Positions 11,601 to 22,972 of a DNA stretch of 64,000 nucleotides are shown here, piece by piece. The stretch is from assembly GCA_000004695.1 (NCBI GenBank), contig CM000151.3, positions 5,088,001 through 5,152,000 on the forward strand, in the 5' to 3' direction. Position 1 is the stretch's first letter. Each line of letters begins with the position of its first letter. The DNA is from Dictyostelium discoideum (taxonomy: Eukaryota). The notes beneath the pieces were generated by a model, which saw nothing but the letters and a program-made list of their open reading frames with translations, had not been told where the DNA came from and searched no databases. The position numbers and the translations under genes were made by a program.

Positions 11601-13646
11601 TCATAAGGAATTGAGTGATTGAATTTTCAATTAATGAACCAACAATATGAATCTTTGAGAAAGAAGAATAGAAAAATCCATTTAGATTTGAAAATATTGA
11701 ATCTATAATCTCAACTTGACAATCTTGGAATACATGACTTCCAATGGAAATGTCATCAAATAGTGTCGAGGAAATACTAATTACAGTTTGAGTTGCATAG
11801 AATGAACCTTTAGAATTGGTGATATTTGAATCGAATAATTTAAAACTACCAAAGAATAAATAGATGGTATAATCATTACTTGTATTATAAATGGATGATT
11901 GTGATAATACTAAATCACTATCGGATGAAGAAATTAATGAATTTGTTATACCAATATTTCTTATGATAGTGTTGAAAATATTCACTTTTGATAATTCCAT
12001 AGCGAAAATTGCTGCACCAATATTACCATTTGAATCTTCAATAACTACATTTTGAATGGTAACACTTGAACCTTGACTAATATAAATATTACCACCTGGT
12101 CCACTTTTTAAATTATTTCCTTGGAAATTGGTATTGGAAATATTTGAAGTACTACTGATAATACATAATGCACCATTATTAATACCACCGATATCGCAAT
12201 TGTTAATGGTAGATGATTGTGTACGAGAAAGCATAATTGAGCATAAACTTGCCCCTTCAATTGGTTCAATACCTTGAATATTACTATCTTGCATATTAAA
12301 ATCACTAGTTTCATCCACTAATATATTATATAGATTCTCTGTCATTGTACAATTTACCAATGAAATGGTTGGTGAACCACCAAAACCCAACATTGATATT
12401 GCTGGTCCAAAACTTGCAACTTTAGAACATGAACAATTTTGTACCAAAGTATTCTCTAAAATTAATGCTGCATTACCTCTTGCTGAAATACTACCCCTAT
12501 TTTGACTATCTGCATTACTTGTAAATATACAATTTGAAAAACTTGCAACAACATTTCCCTCTATAAATAATGCTGCTCCACCTGGTGAATTATCTGATGA
12601 ATATGCATATCCAACTGTAATACCTTTAACATTTATATTAATACTTTTTGAATCTGGTGATGATGAACTATCACTACCACTTTCACTACCACTACTACTA
12701 CTACTACTACTACTATCACCACCACTACTACCACCACTACCACTAATTGATGAAGTTATTAAATTTGAAGAGATATCAAAGTAAGATTCCATTTGTCTAA
12801 ATCTTCCTCTTCTTGATGGTGATGTTAAAAATAAATCTTGTGGTTGATTTGAATAAGAAATTTTAAATAAATTTAATTGATATTCACCGGATAGAATACA
12901 TTTAGTTGGATCACCACTTTGTGAAATAATATTGATTGAACGTGAAATTGGTAAGTATGAAGCCAAATTACAATAAGTACCATCTGCTAAATAAATGGTT
13001 CCATTAAAATCCACTGAATTTAATGCTTGTTGAATTGTTGAGAATGGTGCAACTGAAGTACCATTACCATATTTATCGGAACCTTTTGCAACATCAACAT
13101 AAACTTCTTCTGGCATTGTAGCTGCTGGTTTTCTAATGATTACAGAACCAATTCTAAAACCACTTTGTGATGTACCACCACCACCACCACCACCACCTCC
13201 ATTATTAGTGTATGATGTTGTAAATGCGATATTCACTGTTGATGGTAAAAATGATTCCAACGGAACACGTTCAAGATCACCTAATAATAAATTACCATTG
13301 TAGGATGCAACGGGTCTATTATCGACATAAACATTCAATACTGGATTAATATTAGTTTCAAATTGACTACTAAGGAAATATTCTAAATAATATTGTTCAT
13401 TTGGTAGAATTGGTGGTAAACTAACTGTTTGCCATAATGTACTGGTTTGAGTATTTGGATCACTTTCGTTATATAAAAATTGAGCATAATAATAACCTGC
13501 TAATGAATAGGCTGATGAGCCACACATATCATCTGTACAAAAACTAACTGAACTAGTTGCTTTCCATGGTGATGTTGCACTAATATTTGGATGTGAACTT
13601 GCAATTACTGAAAATCCCCAATCACCAACAATTGGTTCTTCCATTT
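8698..13646 (-). CDS. large (about 1686 aa) secreted/multipass membrane glycoprotein: N-terminal globular region, Gly9 run, Ser-rich linker, many right-handed beta-helix (PbH1/pectin-lyase-like) repeats, Cys-rich EGF/laminin-like module, about 10 TM helices, acidic Asn/Glu-rich C-terminal tail
   Basis: One uninterrupted ORF of 1648 codons. Repeated N/S/T/I/G-rich segments of about 22 residues (..NCIFTSNADSQNRGSISARGNAALILENTLVQNCS..) are typical of parallel beta-helix. CTECRTGSYGYNGETCVQCPS...CAQCDPGYYDWGEGCKRC is a Cys-rich module. Hydrophobic helices: ILFIAIVAVSIGMIVLV, LMTVIIYFAQTLMVL, WLIVVLLISTVFFYIVY, ALMVSYCLLIVIIGFPLILMILLFL, SFLLVVVSLVSVLL, WIVISSSIIFFLHAVYILY and others. Confidence 0.8.
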
Positions 13647-13784
13647 CTAAATTTAATTTTTTAATTTTTTTAACATTAATAAATAAAATTAAAAATTAAA
13701 AATTAAAAATAGAAAATTAAAAATAGAAAATTAAAAAATAAAAAATAAAAAATAAAAAATAAAAAATAAAAAATTAAAAATTAC

Positions 13785-13896
13785 CTGAACAAGTATATTG
13801 TGGTTGTTGTGAAAAAACAACATTTTCATTTAGTAATAATACAATTAACAAAAACAATGTTGTTATAAATTTTGGGTTTAAATTTCTTAAAATCAT
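13785..13896 (-). CDS. large beta-helix/EGF/multipass membrane protein, exon 1 of 2 (signal peptide MILRNLNPKFITTLFLLIVLLLNENVVFSQQPQYTCS)
   Basis: ATG at 13896 on the minus strand. Hydrophobic signal peptide. Donor GTAA (plus-strand 13781-13784), 138-nt A-rich intron, acceptor AG (plus-strand ct, 13647-13648). Phase 1 joins in frame to the long ORF 8698..13644. Confidence 0.55.
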
Positions 13897-14095
13897 TTTT
13901 TTTTTTTTATTTTTTGATTTTTATTTTTTATTTTTTGTATATCCGGGAAAAAAAAAAAAAAAAAAATTAAAAATAATAAAAAAAATTAAATAATTATTTT
14001 ATTATTTTAAATATTGTAGTTTTTAAAACTACTAGAGATAGTTTTTTGGTCAACCTATTGTTTTAAATAGATATGTTTTAAAGTATTGTTTAATT

Positions 14096-14137
<42 letters not shown>

Positions 14138-14248
14138 GGTTGAGTTTTTCGCAATCAGAAAAAAAAAAAAATAAAATAAAAATAAAAAAAATAAAAATAA
14201 AAATAAAATGCTTATTAAATTTTCGAGTGAATACATTCACTTGGTCTC

Positions 14249-14296
<48 letters not shown>

Positions 14297-14750
14297 ACTA
14301 AATTTTAAAATTTTGGCAAATAATTATTTTAAAAATTGATGATTCTTATTTAAATCTAATAAATAAAATCATTGAAAAAGGGTTAACAAAAATAGAAATG
14401 AAATAAAAACAAAGGGTCACTATATTGAAACCGACCAAAAATGTGTTAATTCCAAGAAAATTCAATGTTATTTTAAAAAATTTTATTCAATTTTTTTTTT
14501 TTTTATTTTTAATTTTTTTTTTTTTTTTTTATTTTTTTTATTTTTTTTTTGAAAATATTTTCATTCAAAAATAACTCTTTTATATTTTTATTTATTAAAA
14601 TATACACACATACATATATAAACGGTTAAACAAATAATTTTATTTGTATTTTATTTGTAATATAAATTTTTATTTAATTTTTAATTTTATTTTTTTAAAT
14701 AGTAGTAGTAGCAAAAACAATAATAATAATAATAATAATAAAATAACAAA

Positions 14751-14826
14751 ATGTCTCAAAGGGAATGGACAACAGCATCTACAAGCGATTTAATGTCGAA
14801 TTTATTAAACAATCATAATTCAAATA

Positions 14827-14875
<49 letters not shown>

Positions 14876-14886
14876 TAACAATAATG

Positions 14887-14943
<57 letters not shown>

Positions 14944-16000
14944 GCAATAACCAACCATTATTAAGAAATGCAAGTACAAATATCTTTTTTGGTGACGACT
15001 GGACTAAACAGAATACAGTTGGTTTATTATTAGACCCGTTAAATAGAGGTACAAGTTTTTCAAATTTATTAAAATCACCAACAATATTAGGTGATACACA
15101 ACAATCACAACAACCACAATCTCAACACACCATGCAACAATTATTTGCAAATGACCCAACATATCAACAACATCAACAAGAACAAGAACAACAACATCAA
15201 ATGATGGGAAATACAACATCACCAAAATCATTTAACCCATATGTTGGTTTATCACAACCAATGATTGTAACTAATACTGGTAATTTTAATACAACAACAA
15301 CTACTACAACTACATCAAATAATAATAATAATAATAACAATAACAATAACAATAGTAATAATAACAACAATAATAATAGTATGAATATTAATGCAAATAC
15401 ATATGAAGATGGTGAAGATGAACCAAAAACACCACCAACACCATCAAATGAACCAATTAATTGGGATATGCCAAATTATAGACAAAATACAGCATCATTC
15501 CATGCAGATATTAATATTAACAACACTACAAATTCACACCCAACTACATTATCATCGATGATGAAGAATGAAATACCAACATATAGCGGTCAAGTATCAA
15601 ATGAATATGAACAACCAACTAAATTCCAAAGAATTTCAACCTACAACGAAGAATCATTAAATGATAGACTTAGAGGCGATAACACAGGTAGCATTAATTT
15701 CTTACAAGCTGAAACATCTAAACTCAGATCACGTCAATCCTCACAAGATGATCTCGAAAGAAATAGATCATTCCAAATGACTCATTACGACACTGGTTGT
15801 GTACCAATCAGTACAGATTATTATAATAGTCTATTAACACGTTACAATAATAGACCCGAATTCTTTGAGCGTGCAAAAGAAAATCAAATTCAAGTTATCA
15901 ATAATAATAATGTTCAATTAGCTATTGATCTTCAAAATATTTATACTTCAATGAAAAAAGATATTGATGAAGAAAATAATGAATTAAAAAATTTATTAAC
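14751..16000 (+). CDS. STAT-family transcription factor (Dictyostelium dst paralog, identity not resolved), exon 1 of 2
   Basis: ATG at 14751. Long poly-Asn and Gln-rich N-terminal region. GTATGT donor at 16001. The track ORF ends artefactually in the intron poly-A. Confidence 0.75.
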
Positions 16001-16003
16001 GTA

Positions 16004-16036
<33 letters not shown>

Positions 16037-16090
16037 AAATTAAATATTCAAATATTTATTATTATTATTTTTTATTTTTTTTATTTTTAG

Positions 16091-17276
16091 AATAAGAATT
16101 TTAGAACCATATGATTTAAGAAAGATTAGAGAATGTTTAGAAGGATTAAAATCACATCTTAGAATTGTTGATGTATTATATAATGAATTAAAATATGTTT
16201 TGAATAGAAAGAAACCAGAATGTTGTGCAGCATTGATTATAACACAACAACCCTATTCTCAAGTTATTTTTAGAGGAGGAAAAGGTATGGGAGAAATATT
16301 TAAGGTTCAAATGATATTTGGTGTACTTCAACCCGACAATATCTCACCAGTTTATGCAACCATAAACAAGAGTGAGAGCAATCCAAATTCAACAACCAAA
16401 AAGGAAAAACCAACTACTACACCAACATTAGAGAATGCAGAGGCAAGTTTAAACACTCAAACTTGGGAAGCCGAATTTAAGAATATCAAAGTGAACGTAT
16501 CAACTCGTATGACACCATCGAGTTTGAAATTTGTTGCAACCTACAAAGAGAAAACATCTGGTAAAACCGTTGAAAAGGATGTCGAAAGTGTGCCAGGTAG
16601 TCCGATCATTGTTATCACCAATGAGTCACAATGGGCAGAAGCAGCAGGTAAACTTTTAATAGCGGATGCATTTGCACATCGTGATGAAATCACATGGGAA
16701 ATGTTTGCAAATGTACTTCATAGTCACATTTTAACAGCAACTCATCAAACTTCAGAGATTAAAAGAAAACTTCATTCTTGGGAATTTGAATATATTCAAA
16801 AGAATTATTTCGATGGTAAGGTTACAGTTAGCAAATCAGAGTGTAAAACATTTTGGGATCGTTTTGGTCCAATCCTTCAAACTATTCATTTCAAAAGACA
16901 TATTGAACCATTATGGTATAGCGGTTTAATCTATGGTTTAATCACAAAGAGCGAATGTAATAGTTATTTAACAACACTCCCCGAGGGTTCTTTCCTCATT
17001 CGTTTTAGTGATAGTGTACCAGGTGCATTTGCTGTTGCTTATGTAACAAACGATGAAAGTGACCGTGTTAAACATTATCTAGTCAAACCTGATGATATTG
17101 GTGCAAATAAAACTTTACCAGACTTTCTTCGTGAACGTCATCAATTTAAAACACTTTATCAAGTTGATCCTTCAAAGAGATCTTTACATCCAAAATCAAA
17201 AGATGCAGAGTTAGAACCTTATTATTCAAAAAGACTTAAACAACAACAAACTAACCCTGGTTATGTTTCTTTATAA
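16091..17276 (+). CDS. STAT-family transcription factor, exon 2 of 2 (DNA-binding region, SH2 domain, C-terminal Tyr site; stop 17274-17276)
   Basis: Acceptor tttttag at 16089-16090. Phase-2 join (ac+a=ACA). SH2 domain WYSGLIYGLITKSECNSYLTTLPEGSFLIRFSDSVPGAFAVAYV with the conserved Arg. C-terminal ..LEPYYSKRLK.. is a candidate phosphotyrosine. Contains track ORF 16200..17276. Confidence 0.8.
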
Positions 17277-17557
17277 AAATAAAATAAAATAAAATAAATA
17301 AATAATTTTTTTTAAATAAATAAAAAATTATAATTATCAATAGAAAATTAATCTATCAAGTTTTAACAACAAATACTTCATTAATTTTAAGATATTTGTC
17401 TCTATCCATCATTCATAATATAAACACACACTTTTAATTGTTTATTTTTAAAAGTGAAAATATTTCAAGTCCCACACAAAAAATTTTCATTTTTCATTTT
17501 TCATTTTTCATTTTTTTTTTTTTTTTCTTTCAAATAAAAAAAAAAAAGTTTAATTAA

Positions 17558-17760
17558 ATGTCAGAAATAGATACAAATGATATAAAAAAAGAGATGGATA
17601 ATAAAAATTATAGGGATCCTACAGATAATAAGGAATTATTAAAATGGACTAAAAAAAAAAGAAAAAGATCAAATGATTCAATGCATATTAATAATTTTTA
17701 CAGATATAATCCACCAAATTTTAAATTATTAGCAAGTAAATACCCAACCTTTGATAAATA
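17558..17760 (+). CDS. METTL16-like (U6 snRNA/SAM-synthetase mRNA m6A) methyltransferase, exon 1 of 3
   Basis: MHINNFYRYNPPNFKLLASKYPTFDK matches the human METTL16 N-terminus MHARNRYKDKPPDFAYLASKYPDFKQ. Donor GTATGA at 17761. The track ORF stops at a TAG that spans the splice site. Confidence 0.7.
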
Positions 17761-17873
17761 GTATGATAAGTTTTTCAAATAGTCATTTTATAAAACCAAT
17801 TAGATCATCGCTCTTATTGTTAATTCATTTTTAATAATAATAATTATAATACTAATAAAAAAAATAAAAAAAG

Positions 17874-18119
17874 TATAATAAATAAAACGGAAAAAATTTA
17901 TAATATAGATTGGAAGGATTCAAATGCAACTAAAGAATTAACAAGAGTATTACTTGATCATGATTTTGGTTTAAGAATTGAATTACCTGATAATTATCTT
18001 TGCCCAACTTTAACTTTAAGAATTAATTATTTATATTGGATTTCTGATCAATTAAAAAATTTAAAAATAATATTAAATGATAATGATAATGATAATAAAA
18101 TAATAAAAGGAATTGATAT
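17874..18119 (+). CDS. METTL16-like methyltransferase, exon 2 of 3
   Basis: Acceptor aaaaaag at 17872-17873 (ta+t=TAT). YIINKTEKIYNIDWKDSNATKELTRVLLDHDFGLRIELPDNYLCPTLTLRINYLYWISD parallels METTL16 ..[42 protein letters not shown]. Donor GTATGT at 18120. Confidence 0.7.
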
Positions 18120-18232
18120 GTATGTATTTAATAAAATAGTAATAACATAACATTTTTATTTTATTTTATTTTATTTTATTTTATTTTATTTTATTTTATT
18201 TTATTTTATTTTAACTAATATAAATAAAAAAG

Positions 18233-18884
18233 AGGTACTGGTACTTCATGTATATTTCCACTATTAGGTGCAAAGTTATTTAATAATTGGTCATTCATTG
18301 GAATTGATATAGATGATAAAGTATTAGAATATGCTCAAAATAATATTACTATAAATTCTCTAAATTCAAAAATAACATTATTTAAAAATGAAAAGAATAG
18401 TGATATATTATTAAAATTATTAAATTATAAAGAGGGGAGTAATACTTTTAATTCTAGTAATGATGATCATCAAGATAATCATGATGATGATGATGATGAT
18501 GAGGAATACTTTGCAGATTTTTGTTTATGTAATCCACCATTTTTTAAAGATTTAAATGAAAATAATAATAATAAAAATAATAATCCAAAATCAAATTGTA
18601 CAGGATCAGTAAATGAAATGGTTACAGATGGCGGGGAATTTGAATTTGTAAAAAGAATAATTAAAGAATCATTTCAATTGAAATGTAAAATTCGATTTTA
18701 TACAACAATGATTGGTAGAAAAGTTAACCTAAATCCATTAATCAATATATTAATTAAACAATATTATTTACCAAAAAATCAAATACAAACTACTGAATTA
18801 GTTCAAGGTAATACATCAAGATGGGTATTATCTTGGTACTTTTTAAATAAATCTACAAATTTAGAAACTAAAGAAAATAATAAT

Positions 18885-18921
<37 letters not shown>

Positions 18922-19005
18922 TTAATAATAATAATCAATTTTTAACAAGAATGGAGAGAAGAAAATTATATAGAGAGGGGATAACATTGAATTTGGATAG
19001 TGATG

Positions 19006-19092
<87 letters not shown>

Positions 19093-19298
19093 TTGTAGAA
19101 ATTATAAAATTAATATTAGATAATAATGATATAATTTATAAAACAGATGAAAATAATATAAAATATGAATGCAAATATTTATTAAATAATGTTATAGTTG
19201 GTTCATCAATTAAATTGGATAGAGATATTGAATTTTTATTTACAATTTTTATAGATTTAACTACAAGATTGATATTGTTTAAACCAATTGACCCCAAA

Positions 19299-19393
<95 letters not shown>

Positions 19394-19490
19394 TAATAAT
19401 AATAGTTGTGATGGAGAAATTATTAATTCAAATTTATTTTTTATTTTAAAATTTTTGGAAAATATTAAAAATGAAATTAAATTAAAATAA
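18233..19490 (+). CDS. METTL16-like methyltransferase, exon 3 of 3 (stop 19488-19490)
   Basis: Acceptor AG at 18231-18232 (at+a=ATA). GTGTSCIFPLLGA (SAM-binding), FCLCNPPFF (NPPF catalytic motif), MVTDGGEFEFVKRII. Two long poly-Asn insertions. Contains track ORF 18618..19490. Confidence 0.8.
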
Positions 19491-19774
19491 ACAAATAAAT
19501 ATATAAATTATTTTTTTTTATAAATTACCTTTTTTATTATCATTTTTTTATTTTTTTCTTTATTTCTTTGGTTAAAATGTAAATAATAATAGAAAAATAA
19601 ATAATTATAATTATAACTATCACTATAATTTTGGACTTTTTTTTTTTTATTTTTTAGATTTTTTTTTTTTTTATTTTTTTTTTTTATTTTTTTTTTTTTT
19701 CTACCCACACCACAGATACACAATTATTCATAATTTTAAAGGAAAAATTAATTAATTGAAGATCTCTCAATAAA

Positions 19775-20935
19775 ATGGATAGACGTGATTATAGTAAGGA
19801 AAAATACAAATATGGAGATAATGATAAAGATAGGCGTTTTTCAAATGATAAAATAAGACATAATTTCGACGAATTTACGATGCCCTCGAATGATCGTAGA
19901 GATAGAGATAAAGACATAGATAGGTACAGAGATCGATATAGAGATAGAGATAGATATAGAGATAGAGATAGAGATAGAGATAGAGATAGAGATAGAGAAA
20001 GAGAAAGAGAAAGAGAAAGAGAAAGAGAAAGATCACGGTCACCAAATAGGAATTATAGTAGAAATAACAATAGTAGTAGTTATAATAGTAATAATAGTAG
20101 CAGTAGCTTTGATGACGGGTATAAATATAGAGATATGGATAGGGAAAGAGATAAATACAGAGAAAATAAAAGATTTGATAGTTCAAGAAATAATGAAGAT
20201 CATAGGTCATCGATTAGGCCGCTATCTTATGATGGATATGATGATGATGATTATGGACGTTCAAAGAGGAATAAAACTGAACAATATTTAAAAGAAATGG
20301 TAGCTTCAAATGGTAATCAAAAGAGAGAAAGATTAGAGGATAGTATACCTGATTTACCAGAGAATAGAGAGGCAAGAGAATTCTTAAGAAATGCTCCAAC
20401 TAAAGGTTTACATCAACCATTAGGAAAAGAAGTTAAAGTTATGCAATGTTGGAAATGTAAATTCTATGGTCATAGAGCAATAGAATGTACTCAAACTAAT
20501 CCAATTGCTGAATATGAAAAATTAAAAAGAGAAGATCCAATGATTCAATATAATGATCATGATGATTTTGGTTTTAATAATAATAAAAACAATAATATAA
20601 ATAATAATAATAATAATAATAATAATAATTTTATTCATAAAGATAGAATTAATAAAATAAATAATACTAATGATGAGAATAATGATAATAATAATAAAAT
20701 GAATAAAAGACAAAAAAAATTAAAACAGCTTCAAGAATTATTAGCAAGAGCAGAGGAAAATGAGAGAAAAAGGAAAGAGAAGAAAAGAAAAAGAAAAGAA
20801 AAGAAAAAAATCAAAGCCAGTAAAAAATCTCATCATCGTCATAGTAGCGATAGTGATAGTAGTGGTGGTGGTAGTAGTGATAGTGATAGTGATCTCAGCA
20901 AAGACGAGAGTTATTCAAGTAATGAAAGTGAATAA
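19775..20935 (+). CDS. CCHC zinc-knuckle protein with RD/RE/RS dipeptide repeats (splicing-factor-like, ZCCHC10-like)
   Basis: Single ORF of 386 aa. (RD)n(RE)n tract is encoded by (AGAGAT)n(AGAGAA)n at 19930-20040. One CX2CX4HX4C knuckle (CWKCKFYGHRAIEC). Lys/Arg-rich and Ser-rich C-terminus. Confidence 0.75.
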   Translation: MDRRDYSKEKYKYGDNDKDRRFSNDKIRHNFDEFTMPSNDRRDRDKDIDRYRDRYRDRDRYRDRDRDRDRDRDRERERERERERERSRSPNRNYSRNNNSSSYNSNNSSSSFDDGYKYRDMDRERDKYRENKRFDSSRNNEDHRSSIRPLSYDGYDDDDYGRSKRNKTEQYLKEMVASNGNQKRERLEDSIPDLPENREAREFLRNAPTKGLHQPLGKEVKVMQCWKCKFYGHRAIECTQTNPIAEYEKLKREDPMIQYNDHDDFGFNNNKNNNINNNNNNNNNNFIHKDRINKINNTNDENNDNNNKMNKRQKKLKQLQELLARAEENERKRKEKKRKRKEKKKIKASKKSHHRHSSDSDSSGGGSSDSDSDLSKDESYSSNESE

Positions 20936-20982
<47 letters not shown>

Positions 20983-21511
20983 CCTTTGACCAAAAAAAAA
21001 AAAAGTGAAAGCGAAAGTAAAAGTAAGAGTAAGATTTTAATTAATTGTTTTTTAATTTTTATTATTATTTTTTAATTTTTAATTTTTTTTTTTTTTGTAA
21101 TGGTTATATATTGGCCCTTTGCCTGGTATATTTTATTTTTTTTATTTTTTTATTTTTTTTTATATTTTTATATTTTTTATATTTTTGCATATTAAAAAAG
21201 TAAAATATAATAATTTTTTAAAATTTTTCCATGCTACTCACAGCATAATATCATGTTAATTTTTGTGATATTATTGACGTCAATAAAATTGATATTTTCA
21301 GATTCGCTTGATTAAAAATAAAAAAAATAAAAATAAAAAAAATAAAAATATTGGGATTTTTTTTTATGTTTCCCAACAGTTTTTTAAAAATTTTAAAGAC
21401 ACCACACCTTTTCCCAATAGAATTTTTGATTTTTTCCAAAAAAACAAAAAAAAAAAAAAAAAAAAAAACCAGTCATAACCCCTATTGTATGAATATTTGT
21501 GCTAGAATATG

Positions 21512-21550
<39 letters not shown>

Positions 21551-21824
21551 AAAACAAAAATAATTAATAAATAATTTGGTGAAGGGATTTTTGATAGGAA
21601 TTCGGTAGTTTCCAAAATGTTTTATCAAAAAAAAAATAAAATAAAATAAAAAAAAATTAATTAATTTCATTGGTTAGTAGTTTCTTCATTATTATTTTTT
21701 TTTTTTTTTTTTTTTTTTAATTGTTGGTAAAAAATTGATTCCCCAAAAAAAAAAAAAATTAAAAATAAAAAGTGTTAGGGAAATCTGTTTGTTTTATTTA
21801 GTTTAATAGTATGTATACAATGGG

Positions 21825-21884
<60 letters not shown>

Positions 21885-22510
21885 ATTTTATTTTATATTT
21901 TTTTTTTATTTTTTTTTTTTATTATTTTTTTTTTTATAAAAATTATATAACAACATATGTACTAGTTGTAAATTAAATTATTTGTTTAAAAATTAATTAA
22001 TTATTTATTTATTTATTTATTTATTAAAAGTTGTTTTTTTTATTTGTTCTTTTTATTTATTTTACATTTTCATTGCAAAAAATTCAAATCAAAACTTTTT
22101 TTTTTTTATAAGGTAAATAATTTTTTAAACAGTGTCAACTATTATTATTTTTTTTTCCACTTGTTCACTAAAATCTCCAAAAAAAAAAAAAAAAAAAAAA
22201 CACAAAGAGTAATTAAATCTCCAACTTACGTACGAAACATCAAAATCTTTTTTTTCATTTGTTCAAAATATTATTAAATAAAAAAAGAATAAAAAAATAA
22301 AAATTTTACTAAATTTCATTCAATATTTAAATTAGTAAATTTTTTTTCCAACTTCTGTTTTTTTTTCAAAAAAAAAAAAAAATTAAATTAATTATTTCCC
22401 AAACCTAATCTTTTTTTTTTTTTTTTCTATAATTTAAAACCAGACAAACTTTCTAAAAAAAAAAAATCCTTATTTAATAATAATAATAATTATAATAATA
22501 CTATTTCAAA

Positions 22511-22829
22511 ATGACATTTAATAATATTAAAGACGAAAATAACGATGATATTGCCATCATTGGTATGGGTTTCCGTTTTCCAGGTGGTGGTAATAATCCA
22601 GATCAATTTTGGAATCAATTATCAAATAAAATGGATGGTATTTCAAAGATTTCTCAAGAAAAATGGTCAAGATCTTTTTATGAACAAAAATATATAAATA
22701 ACGAATATGGTGGTGTCTTAAAAGATGAAGAATGGAAAAATTTTGATCCATTATTTTTTGGTATTTCACCAAAAGAAGCACCAACCATTGATCCACAACA
22801 ACGTCTTTTAATGACAACACTTTGGGAAG
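22511..22829 (+). CDS. type I iterative reducing polyketide synthase, copy A, exon 1 of 2 (KS N-terminus)
   Basis: [26 protein letters not shown]...[14 protein letters not shown] is the canonical KS start. Donor GTAAAT at 22830. Confidence 0.9.
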
Positions 22830-22912
22830 GTAAATAATAATAATAATTATAATTATAATAATAGTAGTATTTTTTTTTGTTAAAATTAAAAAGTTATTAA
22901 TATATATACATA

Positions 22913-22970
<58 letters not shown>

Positions 22971-22972
22971 AG

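Noticed and set aside
14779-15231. Minus ORFs encoding poly-Tyr and Val/Ile-rich peptides
   Set aside because: Antisense of the STAT poly-Asn (AAT/AAC) and Gln-rich region.
17455-17475. agtcccacacaaaaaa resembling the Dictyostelium ncRNA upstream element (A/T)CCCA(C/T)AA
   Set aside because: Not an exact match (extra CA). No downstream class-I RNA-like conserved motif or stem.
19875-20713. Minus and plus alternative-frame ORFs (poly-Y, LYLYLY.., poly-I) overlapping the CCHC gene
   Set aside because: Repeat-driven alternative frames of the (AGAGAT)n/(AAT)n coding repeats.
21251-22277. Several 60-77 aa ORFs in the 1.5 kb region upstream of PKS copy A
   Set aside because: All are translations of poly-A/T promoter DNA (F/K/I/N only). 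No splice-consistent structure.
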